In this document: piece after piece, positions 49,573-58,582 of the stretch | Position numbering within the stretch: the first letter of the stretch is position 1 | How the letters are laid out: every line of letters starts with the position of its first letter | Virus record (IMG/VR): IMGVR_UViG_3300025645_000002 | Span: 6,742-70,741 of that record | Direction: 5' to 3' (one strand) | Source: a virus | DNA length: 64,000 nucleotides | The notes under the pieces: model-generated | Told to the model about the DNA's origin: nothing | Database searches by the model: none | Seen by the model: only the letters and a program-made list of their open reading frames with translations | Translations under genes and position numbers: made by a program

Positions 49573-50312
49573 TATTTGAAGCCCTTATCCCGCAGTTTAT
49601 CGAAGCCGTCGCTTTCTGTTTGGCTCATGGTGTCGTCCATGGTCATATCGCCGAGCTCGATCTTGAACCGCTGCCAGAGTTCCTGTGACCGGAAGGTAGC
49701 GCTCTCGTTGCCAATGGCGCCGAACACGCGTGCCGCAGTGCCCAGTTCCAGCAATGACTCTAGCGTTGTGGGGACATCGATGACTTCCGTCAGATCAGCA
49801 ACCTGCGACAACCGTGTCGCTGCCGCTTGGTAATCCACCCGGTAGATGTCGCCATCCGCCGGTGCTGACAGGATGACCCGATCAGCTCCGACCACACGTA
49901 CACCGATCCCGGAGACGGTCTCGCGCTTGTTGATGTTGGTGATTACAGTCTCGTCGATGTTCAGCGTCGTCGCATCATCGTTGCGCGTCACTTCGAGGAT
50001 CTTGACGATCCCACCCATGAACGGCTCATCCACACTGTCGCGGATATAACGCTCTGCAGTGTTGCCCGGATCGGTGTTCGAGTCTGCGAAGATGTTTGCC
50101 AGGATGTAGCTTGTTCGGGCTGCGGAAGCCTCGAATTTAACATAATCTTGCTTATACGCCATTTTCTTTGAGAGCGTATTGAGCGTTGCATTGATGTGTG
50201 TGATGACCTTCGGCTGGTCCGCATACTCGATGCGCCCCTCGCCGTCGGCGGCCAATCCCAAGCTCGAGAGTTCACCGTAGCTTAGGATTTCAAAAAATTC
50301 ACCTAGTAGCAT
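49572..50312 (-). CDS. Head-tail adaptor (gp67-like)
   Basis: LSYGELSSL N-terminus; synteny after terminase. Confidence 0.72.
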   Translation of the reverse strand: MLLGEFFEILSYGELSSLGLAADGEGRIEYADQPKVITHINATLNTLSKKMAYKQDYVKFEASAARTSYILANIFADSNTDPGNTAERYIRDSVDEPFMGGIVKILEVTRNDDATTLNIDETVITNINKRETVSGIGVRVVGADRVILSAPADGDIYRVDYQAAATRLSQVADLTEVIDVPTTLESLLELGTAARVFGAIGNESATFRSQELWQRFKIELGDMTMDDTMSQTESDGFDKLRDKGFK

Positions 50313-50325
50313 TTTTGTGCATACC

Positions 50326-52026
50326 TCAAACTATGTAAGAATTTATGGGAGAGTCGGAGTGGCCCTGTGAATCTGGATCATCAAACCCCCAGACATCTTC
50401 TGCCTGTGAGGCCTGTGCATCTTCACTCGGCTTCCATGGCTTAAGGTACATCAGCATGGAGATCGTGTCGATTGCGTCATCGTGTTTGGATTTTATTCCA
50501 TCCAGCGTTGCCAGTTCGATCTCTCCAATGAACTCTCCCATGATCACGGATGTCTTCATCTCGAGCGGGAAGAACATCTTCCCTGCCTTGAACAGTGGCA
50601 CGACAAGGTTAAAGCGGCTGAGCTTGTCCACTGTCGGGTTAATCCCCGGCTGGCCATTCTTGCCCTGTGCAAACGAAAACCATGTATTCCGGGTGATCAT
50701 CTCTGTGGTGATCCAATCAAGGAATGCGCCCTGCTGTCCCGAGATCTCTACCCCGACGGACTGCGGCCGGTACGATTGAACCAATCTGAAAAGATCGTTG
50801 ATGTTCTTGTCCATGGTCTGTTTCTTGCAGACGCCGTCCACCCAGAACCAATCGCCATTGGCGTTGTAGGCCCAGACGGAAATGACCGAGAAGTCAGCCG
50901 ACTGCTTCGCCTTCGTGGCGAAGTCAGTCGTGATGTAGAAGTTGAATTTGTGTTTGTTTTCAAGGAGCGAGGGGCGCGAATACCAGCGGATCTCTTCTGT
51001 CTGCACCAGACGCTCTTCGGAGGAGGAGATCCGAAGCATGAGCTCCTGATTGAACGCAGAGACTGTCCCTTCCAGAACGGCCTTCTCATACTGCTCTTTG
51101 ACGAAGTCATAGGTGAATCGGTCTTCCCATGCGCCGTTGAACTCTTCCCGCGTGCACGGAAATCTCTCACAGACCGGCCACACGTTGACGTGCCAAGCCC
51201 CTGATTCCACTGCCTCATAAAGCACATCGCCTTTGTTGAACGGTGTGCCGTTGAAGATCGTCTTGCGGCGGGAAGGATGCAGCGCGAAGTCAACGCCCTT
51301 TGTGATGGTATCGCGGATCGACTTCATCGCGGTCTTTGACTTGGCATCATCATCTGAGACTAGATCGTCGAGCACGCACAGCGTCGGGCGCTTACCAAAG
51401 ATCTTGGTTCCGCGCAGGCCGGTCTTCGCACCAAACATCTTGACGCCCAGCCGGTTCCCCTCTTTGGATTTGAACTCCATGTAGGTATCTGTGATGTGAA
51501 CATTCGCAGGGGGCAGCCAGTCTTGTAGGAAGTCACTGCTCTGCCAGCGGAACTCAATGTTCTTGCGCGCAGACTTCACACCGTTATCGATGGAGTCTGA
51601 GACGTAGATCATTCCTTCAACGCGGCCAAAGCCATCAATCTCACCAAACACTGCGATGTAGAGAACCAAGTATTCAAACATCAGCGTGGTCTTCGCCATG
51701 CCGCGTGCACAGAGGTTTGCAATGTTATTCTTCTGTCCAGCAATCTGGTCCAGCATCTTGAGGTGAACAACCGGCGTCTTGTTCTCTTCTCCGTCGCTTC
51801 CGTTCACAAGTTTGATGAAGGTTGTGAACTTCAGCGCGAAGGCGGACGGGACGTATTCGCCGGAGTTGAGTGAGTCGTAATCGACTGCGTTTAGCCATTC
51901 ATCAACGGTCTTCCGTTCCCGCCCCGTACCAGCGAGCAGCTCTGCTAGCTCGTCGGTGCCGTCGGCAATGTCCTGGACCAGGACGTCCAATACGTTTGCA
52001 TTTGTTTCCTGGTCCTGGAGTCTCAT
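50326..52026 (-). CDS. terL: Terminase large subunit
   Basis: RGMAKTT, VLDDL, GTP, TDFA, HDDAID. Confidence 0.93.
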   Translation of the reverse strand: MRLQDQETNANVLDVLVQDIADGTDELAELLAGTGRERKTVDEWLNAVDYDSLNSGEYVPSAFALKFTTFIKLVNGSDGEENKTPVVHLKMLDQIAGQKNNIANLCARGMAKTTLMFEYLVLYIAVFGEIDGFGRVEGMIYVSDSIDNGVKSARKNIEFRWQSSDFLQDWLPPANVHITDTYMEFKSKEGNRLGVKMFGAKTGLRGTKIFGKRPTLCVLDDLVSDDDAKSKTAMKSIRDTITKGVDFALHPSRRKTIFNGTPFNKGDVLYEAVESGAWHVNVWPVCERFPCTREEFNGAWEDRFTYDFVKEQYEKAVLEGTVSAFNQELMLRISSSEERLVQTEEIRWYSRPSLLENKHKFNFYITTDFATKAKQSADFSVISVWAYNANGDWFWVDGVCKKQTMDKNINDLFRLVQSYRPQSVGVEISGQQGAFLDWITTEMITRNTWFSFAQGKNGQPGINPTVDKLSRFNLVVPLFKAGKMFFPLEMKTSVIMGEFIGEIELATLDGIKSKHDDAIDTISMLMYLKPWKPSEDAQASQAEDVWGFDDPDSQGHSDSPINSYIV

Positions 52027-52254
52027 TTATACAGTCGCTCCTGCCGCTTTCAGGAGGCTTTGCGCCTGTGCATTTTGCACCGCTCGGCGGATCGTCTTCT
52101 CTGTCGCGTCCCCGGCTTCAAGATGGGTAAGCAGACCATCGACCATGTCATTGGTGTCGCTGTAGGCGCCGAGAACGATGTCAGGATTGAAGTTGTCCTC
52201 TACCTGCTGCATCGTCCATCCGCCGTTGGCGGCCTGTTCAAGTAAAATCCTCAT
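52027..52254 (-). CDS. Hypothetical protein
   Basis: ATGA overlap with the upstream gene; abuts terL. Confidence 0.5.
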   Translation of the reverse strand: MRILLEQAANGGWTMQQVEDNFNPDIVLGAYSDTNDMVDGLLTHLEAGDATEKTIRRAVQNAQAQSLLKAAGATV

Positions 52255-52496
52255 ACGCTTGACCCTTTCGTGGCAGCCTTCACAGCCCACATCGCGCCCT
52301 CTTCAATGGCTGTTTGAGCCAAGGCTTTCAGGCGGCGGATCTCGCTTGCGCGTTCGGTGTCGTCTCCACCCCCCTCAGAAATCTCATCGATGATATCGAT
52401 GAAGTTTGCAGACAGGGCTTTCAGATCAGAGACCAGATTCTGCTTGCTGGGGTTGAAGTTGACACCAACGCGGTATTCACCTTTTGAGATTGGCAT
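52251..52496 (-). CDS. Acb2/Tad1-like helical-hairpin protein (putative cyclic-nucleotide sponge)
   Basis: FNPS...RLKALAQTAIEEGAMWAVKAAT resembles the Acb2 A.T..E.A.MW..KA motif. Confidence 0.62.
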   Translation of the reverse strand: MPISKGEYRVGVNFNPSKQNLVSDLKALSANFIDIIDEISEGGGDDTERASEIRRLKALAQTAIEEGAMWAVKAATKGSSV

Positions 52497-52525
52497 TATC
52501 GTTCGTCCTTCTTCGTTGCGTGAAA

Positions 52526-53173
52526 TTAGAGATTGGGTACGTGGGACTCGCGGCCTAGACCGCGCTGCGCGGCCTTGGAACTAGCCTGCTCTAATGGGGG
52601 AAAGCCCTTCTTTTGTAGCTCTTTGTTGGCTTCAGCTTCTGTCAGCTTTCCTCCAAGGATGTAGTCGACGGCCATCCCCTGCTCGTTATACGGGTCATAC
52701 CGCGTTGCTTGAAAAACCGGATATCCTCCAGTAGATGCATCCCCTTTAGGTGGGGCCTTGGACATATTCCGGATCTTCGCAGCTGTGGGGTCTTTGGCGT
52801 CATTCTCGAATGTTCGCATGACCGCCTTCAATGCATTGATGTTCTTGGCTCGATCATCTTCAGCAACGCCGCGCAGGTTTCCGGAGATCAGCATCATCGC
52901 GCAGCATCCAATGTGCCACGTATGCGGAAGACCGCTCTCGTCATCGCAGTCCTCACCCATCTCGTAAGATGCCAGATGCCGCTTCATCGCCGCAGTCACC
53001 CGGCTCACAGACAAGCCTTTGGCCCAGTTCCACGCCGCGTACTTCTTCTCGCCGTAGGTAAACACAGCAGCAATCGCCATCTCTGCGTCGCCGGGTAGCA
53101 AATCCATACGGATTTTGCCCGCATCCAACTTGGCTGCGCCTACGTTCACATCTTGATTATCTTTCGGACTCAT
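52526..53173 (-). CDS. dATP/dGTP diphosphohydrolase-like protein (DUF5664)
   Basis: KLDAGK..MDLLP, YGEKKY..NW..G, RHL, DDESGLPH..H. Confidence 0.8.
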   Translation of the reverse strand: MSPKDNQDVNVGAAKLDAGKIRMDLLPGDAEMAIAAVFTYGEKKYAAWNWAKGLSVSRVTAAMKRHLASYEMGEDCDDESGLPHTWHIGCCAMMLISGNLRGVAEDDRAKNINALKAVMRTFENDAKDPTAAKIRNMSKAPPKGDASTGGYPVFQATRYDPYNEQGMAVDYILGGKLTEAEANKELQKKGFPPLEQASSKAAQRGLGRESHVPNL

Positions 53174-53247
53174 CAGGTTCCCTAACTGTGTGGTGTGGTG
53201 TGCTTTGGTGTAAGACTTCGCCTATCTGAGCCAGTTAAACAACTGTC

Positions 53248-53955
53248 CTACGGTGTTGTGGTAATCGGGGTGACATCAACCATGTCAGGGTCGACGGGAC
53301 GTATCATCTTCTGGTGCGCAATCTCTTGCGTCGTTGTCCCGCCTCGGATCATATCGATCTGCTTCTGTGCCAGTGCTGCCATTGTCTCGCGCAGCTCCGC
53401 CATTCCGCTGTTGTCTGCAACACCGATATCGATCTCGACCTTCTTGGTCTCAGGCTTCTTGAGGTGTGTCAGAATAGAGTTCGCGGCTTCCGCCCTCACC
53501 TTCTCGGAACTCGCAGTCATCATCAGTTCAAGCTGGGTATCGATCGCTTGCTGGTAGACGCCTTGGTTCAGAATCCAGGCTGGAATGATAGCTTGCTCAA
53601 GCACCATGTTGACCAGTTTGTTCTTGTTGTAATTCGCCACATACGCGGAGATCTCTTTCTTGCTCCGCCCCGCCGCCACCAGCAACTGATACCGCTGTGG
53701 GAAGGTCTTCGCGTACGCGTCCTGATTGGTATATTCCATCATCTTGAAGCTGACGTAGGTACAGGCATTGAGGTAATCCTCAATCTTGAACCGGCCATCC
53801 TTCAACACAGAGCCATAGGTCACGAAGTTTTCACGAATAGTTTTCGCCACTTCAGGATCCACGGACGCCTGATTGACCTTGTCGAGAAGCTCTTGTGTTG
53901 CCGCCTTCTTCAGCTGTGGCGGCATCGCTTCGGTCAGTTCATTTAGCGTCAGCAT
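53248..53955 (-). CDS. terS: Terminase small subunit (gp69-like)
   Basis: AYAKTFPQRY, YNKNKLVN, SEKVRAEAANSILTHLKKPE. Confidence 0.82.
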   Translation of the reverse strand: MLTLNELTEAMPPQLKKAATQELLDKVNQASVDPEVAKTIRENFVTYGSVLKDGRFKIEDYLNACTYVSFKMMEYTNQDAYAKTFPQRYQLLVAAGRSKKEISAYVANYNKNKLVNMVLEQAIIPAWILNQGVYQQAIDTQLELMMTASSEKVRAEAANSILTHLKKPETKKVEIDIGVADNSGMAELRETMAALAQKQIDMIRGGTTTQEIAHQKMIRPVDPDMVDVTPITTTP

Positions 53956-54169
53956 TTGGGCATGTCCTGCATAATTGGCTCGGGTGCATGCAGGTACATT
54001 AAGGTATTCTGAGATCCCCTTCGATCAGCCACCACAAAGGGAAATTCCTCCACCCCAGAGGCCGATATAAATAACTCTCTTCTTTTGAGGACGAGCAACG
54101 CGGTGGAGCCAAAACGAAGTGGCGTAGCGGAGCGGTAGCCACAAAGTTTTTGGTCCATAAGCTTTGTAA

Positions 54170-54500
54170 GGACGAGAAAGAAGAGAGTTATTTATAGAGG
54201 TGTATATATATAGTATTAAAACTACTTCAGTAAATGGCTCCGCCATTTCCTTCGCAGTTTTAATACAGAAGTTAACCATTAGTATAGAAGTGTTATATGT
54301 ATATTAAGTAATATAAGGATAGTCTTTATATACTCTAATATATCTCTATAGACTCTACTAAGTATCTCTTAAATATCATTACAAGAGTCTCTCTAGAATA
54401 TATTTCTTAGAGTATAACTCATTCCCTTAATAATAAGAGAAATCCTTATATAAATAATTTACATCATATTTTTCATGAAGGGAAATATTCATAAGTATGT
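54170..54500. other. Very AT-rich non-coding region at the late/early divergence (probable genome-end region)
   Basis: Abrupt AT enrichment between terS and the first early promoter. Confidence 0.55.
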
Positions 54501-54603
54501 CTGAGCTGTCTTCTTATAGGTTACACACTCATACACCAAGATACCCCCCCGGTACTTCTCCCCTGTAACCCTATCCCTACCCCATCATATCTCCTCCCTC
54601 TCT

Positions 54604-54624
54604 AGGGCCACAGGCCCTCATGGA
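54604..54624 (+). promoter_or_regulatory. vRNAP hairpin promoter 1
   Basis: AGGGCC-ACA-GGCCCT; GGA begins 11 nt after the loop centre. Confidence 0.85.
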
Positions 54625-54644
54625 TTAACATAGGAGTATCCCTC

Positions 54645-54980
54645 ATGGCTAAGGTCATCACATCATTTCGTACCGCTGCATCTGACTCACTCATGGCAGT
54701 CAGCAACTCAGTCAACGTAATCTCCAAGGCAGCATCATCTGCCTCCCTCTACATGGACCAAGTCGAAGCCCACGCTGGCTACGTCTCAGCCACAGCCAAG
54801 GCCTCTTATCAGTACAGCACTGAAGAGATCAACGCTATCGCCCGTGACAAAGCACGCATGCGTATGGCCCAACATCGCGTAGAGCTACAATCAGAGCTCA
54901 AAGACCCAGCATTCGCTGAAATGTTTAACTCCATCAAATTCGACGATGAAATCCCTGCAGCTCCCAAAGCAGTCGCATAA
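54645..54980 (+). CDS. Early protein
   Basis: AGGAG RBS after promoter 1. Confidence 0.7.
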   Translation: MAKVITSFRTAASDSLMAVSNSVNVISKAASSASLYMDQVEAHAGYVSATAKASYQYSTEEINAIARDKARMRMAQHRVELQSELKDPAFAEMFNSIKFDDEIPAAPKAVA

Positions 54981-54987
54981 CAACTAC

Positions 54988-55025
54988 AGCTACCTGTCCC
55001 TCGTGGATGGGTAGCTCCCCTTTTT
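54988..55025 (+). terminator. Intrinsic terminator
   Basis: AGCTACCTGTCC/GGATGGGTAGCT stem followed by CCCC-TTTTT. Confidence 0.65.
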
Positions 55026-55130
55026 ACACTCCGACACACCTTAACGATAGAGGTATCGGAGGTATACATCTCCCTCTCATCACACCACAGCACGTCACAG
55101 CAGCTGTATGCACGTGCATCTAGCCTGTCT

Positions 55131-55150
55131 GGGCCACAGGCCCTGCTGGA
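55131..55150 (+). promoter_or_regulatory. vRNAP hairpin promoter 2
   Basis: GGGCC-ACA-GGCCC; GGA begins 11 nt after the loop centre. Confidence 0.82.
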
Positions 55151-55215
55151 ACTACGACCTGTGTCTGTATGGACAGCACAGCGTCTCTCATCAACTCAAT
55201 CAATGGAGAACTCTC

Positions 55216-55413
55216 ATGACTACCTCAATCGTAAACACCGAAGGTTATGCCTACTTCGAAGGCGAGCCTAACAACCGTCCTCGTCTTAAGCTCGAAGTCA
55301 CCTTCATCCTCGATATGGTGCCGGGAGCTTACCATCAGCCAGAAGATCTCATGAGGCACATCGCTTCGCATCCATACGTGGATACCGTCACCCTCGTTGA
55401 AGGAGAAAGCTAA
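55216..55413 (+). CDS. Early hypothetical protein
   Basis: GGAG RBS before MTTSIVN. Confidence 0.6.
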   Translation: MTTSIVNTEGYAYFEGEPNNRPRLKLEVTFILDMVPGAYHQPEDLMRHIASHPYVDTVTLVEGES

Positions 55414-55514
55414 TGCTTGTCGGCGCCGTAATCGTAGGCTCATTCGTGAGCCTTTTCATCACCGTGATCTTTCTGATCGTCCTTCACATCAACCACTAAA
55501 CAAGGAGAAATCTC

Positions 55515-55763
55515 GTGTCACTAAAAGAACAAAACGTAAACAAAGCATTGCTACATGCCATGACCGTAGGTCATCTCGATGATCATATCCTCGCTCTCGA
55601 AGAGGCTGCATGCGAGTCCTCGTACACACTCAAGTATCTCCGTCAGGAGAACTATCTTGATGGAGAAGCCATCGACGAAGCCGTCGTTGAGTATGCCGCT
55701 ACTATGGCGGATCTCCACCGGGCTCAGGCCGTCTTCAATGAGAAGATGGGGATCGCAGCATGA
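55515..55763 (+). CDS. Early hypothetical protein
   Basis: AAGGAG RBS, GTG start. Confidence 0.6.
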   Translation: MSLKEQNVNKALLHAMTVGHLDDHILALEEAACESSYTLKYLRQENYLDGEAIDEAVVEYAATMADLHRAQAVFNEKMGIAA

Positions 55764-55960
55764 ACGAAGTCTTCCTTCTTATGTGGGCTCTGACCCACAG
55801 TGACGGTGACATCATGGAAGCAAGAGCGATCCATGCAACACAGACCATCGAACAGTGTGACGTAGCTAAAACTGTCGTCGCCGTCGCCAACAACCCTAAA
55901 TTCCTCTTCTTCTGTATAGGCTCGTCAGAGCTCACTGAACTGAGGATCCAACCCTACTGA
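55760..55960 (+). CDS. Early hypothetical protein
   Basis: ATGA overlap. Confidence 0.55.
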   Translation: MNEVFLLMWALTHSDGDIMEARAIHATQTIEQCDVAKTVVAVANNPKFLFFCIGSSELTELRIQPY

Positions 55961-55965
55961 AATGA

Positions 55966-56160
55966 TTGGAATATCTTATGACCGGTAACACCACACCAAA
56001 CCGTATGACTTGGGGTGAGCAGGCAGAGCTCACTCAAACAAACACCCGTGCTCTTCGCAAGATAGAGCGCAACAAGCAGATCCGTGACTTCCTCGGAGAC
56101 CTCGTTGGTGTTGCTGCAATTGCAACCATCTTTGTCTGCTTCCTCGTCTTCACTGCCTGA
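55966..56160 (+). CDS. Small early membrane protein
   Basis: C-terminal transmembrane segment. Confidence 0.5.
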   Translation: MEYLMTGNTTPNRMTWGEQAELTQTNTRALRKIERNKQIRDFLGDLVGVAAIATIFVCFLVFTA

Positions 56161-56229
56161 AACTTCCTCGTGCGTAAGGCGCTTCTGCCTTGCGCGCACC
56201 ACCCCTAAACTCCTTGAAAGGAACAACAC

Positions 56230-56412
56230 ATGGGTATTCAAATGTCAGTGCAATCCAGCCATTACAACTTTCATCCCACCAGCTCAGACGATGACTTCGA
56301 TGAGTATGATGCCGAGTTAGATCAAATGCTCGAAGACTACCTCATGGACATCCCAGAGATCACCGACAAGACCGTCCGCAAGGATGACGATCTCTACCGA
56401 GTCCTCGATTGA
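56230..56412 (+). CDS. Acidic early protein
   Basis: AAGGA RBS; Asp/Glu-rich. Confidence 0.55.
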   Translation: MGIQMSVQSSHYNFHPTSSDDDFDEYDAELDQMLEDYLMDIPEITDKTVRKDDDLYRVLD

Positions 56413-56582
56413 ACCACACCAAATCACAGCGCTTGTAATTCATTGTCAGTTTGATAATTCCTCCCTAAGTGGAGGCTAGCTCAACTCAAGGAATTTTGTA
56501 AAATAACAGTTTACCCAGCGTCTCGTTTCTTTGAGAGCAACTGTGAACCAACACCATCAACTCAGTTTCATCTCGAAGAAAG

Positions 56583-56603
56583 AGGGCCACAGGCCCTTAA
56601 GGA
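56583..56603 (+). promoter_or_regulatory. vRNAP hairpin promoter 3
   Basis: AGGGCC-ACA-GGCCCT; GGA begins 11 nt after the loop centre. Confidence 0.85.
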
Positions 56604-56658
56604 GTTATTGCATGATGCAGTGACCCTTACCTTAACACAACTTTAGGAGACCTTACTC

Positions 56659-57036
56659 ATGGCTATTTTCGGAAATCAAAGCCCACTTAACGCACCAGCT
56701 AGCGCGCCTGCCAACAACGGCAAGCCAGAAGCGCAGATCTTTGGTAACATCGGTTACTGGGCACCAAATGAAGATGGCGAAAAAGTATTCGTCAGCCTGC
56801 CAATGGGCGTCGGCATCGATACGATGCGCCACGTCTCTGCAGGCAGCTCCAAGCTGATGCAGGCGAAGAACGCATTGCTTGATCAGCTCAACGACTTGAC
56901 CAAAGACCTTAAGTCTGGCGAAGAGATGGAGATCCCTCTCCTGTTCGTCGCACGTCGCCGGTCTGACCACGAGCAGACCACTGCTGCAGACAACCCATTC
57001 ATCGCAGCGATGGGTGATCTCAAGAAGACAGCTTAA
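56659..57036 (+). CDS. gp2/Drc-like ssDNA-binding RNAP II activator
   Basis: AQIFGNIGY...FVSLPMGVGIDT motif; lies upstream of RNAP1. Confidence 0.78.
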   Translation: MAIFGNQSPLNAPASAPANNGKPEAQIFGNIGYWAPNEDGEKVFVSLPMGVGIDTMRHVSAGSSKLMQAKNALLDQLNDLTKDLKSGEEMEIPLLFVARRRSDHEQTTAADNPFIAAMGDLKKTA

Positions 57037-57045
57037 CCCCTGTCA

Positions 57046-57081
57046 GCGGCCTCACCAGAGATGGTGGGGTCGCCCCTTTTT
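57046..57081 (+). terminator. Intrinsic terminator
   Basis: GCGGCCTCACCA/TGGTGGGGTCGC stem followed by a T-run. Confidence 0.65.
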
Positions 57082-57108
57082 CCTCACCGATAGTATTGGC
57101 AATGTATG

Positions 57109-57129
57109 ACGGCCACAGGCCGTTTTGGG
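57109..57129 (+). promoter_or_regulatory. vRNAP hairpin promoter 4
   Basis: ACGGCC-ACA-GGCCGT; GGG begins 11 nt after the loop centre. Confidence 0.8.
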
Positions 57130-57276
57130 TGTTCATCAATGGATGAACGCTAACGAGACCTATTGCCTAACACAAACTTCATGAGACTTCTCCGACGTAC
57201 TTACCCTGTATGTCTAAAGTCCTGAAAGTGAACAGTTTTGGCTAATGGTTACCTACATCCTAACATGGAGGCAGCA

Positions 57277-58152
57277 ATGCTAGACAACACAGCAGCTTAC
57301 TTAGATGTCACAGTGTCCGATACTGTCGCACTCTTCCCATCAGTAACTGAATCTCCGCAACTTGAGCTGGAGCACAGATACTCAAAATACCAACTCATGA
57401 CATGCTTGCGTAACGAGTATATCGATGCAGACTTCGGCACAGCCTTCGAAAAGATAGGCCTTGCCGCAGACTTTGGCATCGAGCTGATGGTTCAAATGCA
57501 CCTCCATAAACGTGCTGAACCAGCGGTCATTATTGGCATTCTACGCCGCTTCTTTGAAGCGGATGAAAGCCCTGTCGATGCCTGCTCCAAAGCTCTTGAG
57601 CTGGCCGTGCAAATGGACTTCCTCAACTTCGATCCTCTTGCCAATCAGCTCATCGTGATCTTCCAGGTCTCGGAGGATGTGCAGGCTATGATCGATCAGT
57701 TCCAGTACCCTCTGCCAATGATCGAAGAACCCCTTGAGGTGAGAACCAACAAGGATACAGGTTATCTCTCGATCAAACGGTCTGTCCTGCTCAAGGACAA
57801 CCACCACGAAGATGATGTCTGTCTCGATCACATCAACTGCGTGAACGCCCAAGAACTCACCATAAACAGCTCTGTTCGTGCCTTCATCCAGAACTCCTGG
57901 AAGAATCTCGACAAAGCAAAACAAGGTGAAACGTCGGAGGAATTCCAAGCCCGCCGCCGTGCCTTCAACAAGTACGACACGATCTCGAAAGATGTCGTGG
58001 ATACCTTGTTGATGCTCAACGATCGCTTCTGGCTCACCCATGCCTACGACAAACGTGGGCGTGTCTATGCCCGCGGTTATCACATCAATTACCAAGGCAA
58101 CGACTGGTCAAAGGCCATCGTTGAGTTTGCCAACAAGGAGGCACTCAAATGA
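57277..58152 (+). CDS. RNA polymerase II subunit 1 (gp15-like)
   Basis: FQYPLPM, THAYDKRGRVYARGYHINYQG. Confidence 0.9.
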   Translation: MLDNTAAYLDVTVSDTVALFPSVTESPQLELEHRYSKYQLMTCLRNEYIDADFGTAFEKIGLAADFGIELMVQMHLHKRAEPAVIIGILRRFFEADESPVDACSKALELAVQMDFLNFDPLANQLIVIFQVSEDVQAMIDQFQYPLPMIEEPLEVRTNKDTGYLSIKRSVLLKDNHHEDDVCLDHINCVNAQELTINSSVRAFIQNSWKNLDKAKQGETSEEFQARRRAFNKYDTISKDVVDTLLMLNDRFWLTHAYDKRGRVYARGYHINYQGNDWSKAIVEFANKEALK

Positions 58153-58568
58153 ACGATCCAATCGATAGCTTTGACGGGGAATACCGCTTCCTCAGCAACT
58201 TCTGGATGTCTCCTCTCACCATTGAGGGGCTGACATTCCCGACCGCAGAGCATGCCTATCAGGCTGCCAAGAGCCCTCACGAACGGGACTGGGTGAACAT
58301 CACCCAGATCAGAACAGCGGGCCAAGCCAAGCGTCAGGGAGCGAAGCTCCAACTGCGCGACGGCTGGAACAAAATGCGTATCGACGTGATGCGCGAAATC
58401 CTCACAGAAAAGTTCAAAGAACCTGAACTTACGCATCACCTCACCTTGACCGGTGACCGTGAGCTCATCGAGGGAAATCACTGGAACGACACGTTCTGGG
58501 GCGTCTGTAAAGGCGTTGGCTCAAATCATCTCGGCAAGCTTCTCATGGAAGTACGCTCAACCCTCTGA
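58149..58568 (+). CDS. NADAR (YbiA-like) family protein
   Basis: FLSNF, FPTAEHAYQAAK, LIEGN..DTFWG, NHLGKLLMEVR. Confidence 0.9.
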   Translation: MNDPIDSFDGEYRFLSNFWMSPLTIEGLTFPTAEHAYQAAKSPHERDWVNITQIRTAGQAKRQGAKLQLRDGWNKMRIDVMREILTEKFKEPELTHHLTLTGDRELIEGNHWNDTFWGVCKGVGSNHLGKLLMEVRSTL

Positions 58569-58582
58569 AAAGGAAAACTCAA

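Noticed and set aside
53949-54279. Short ORFs or tRNAs in the AT-rich region
   Set aside because: No RBS or protein-like character and no cloverleaf/T-loop signature seen
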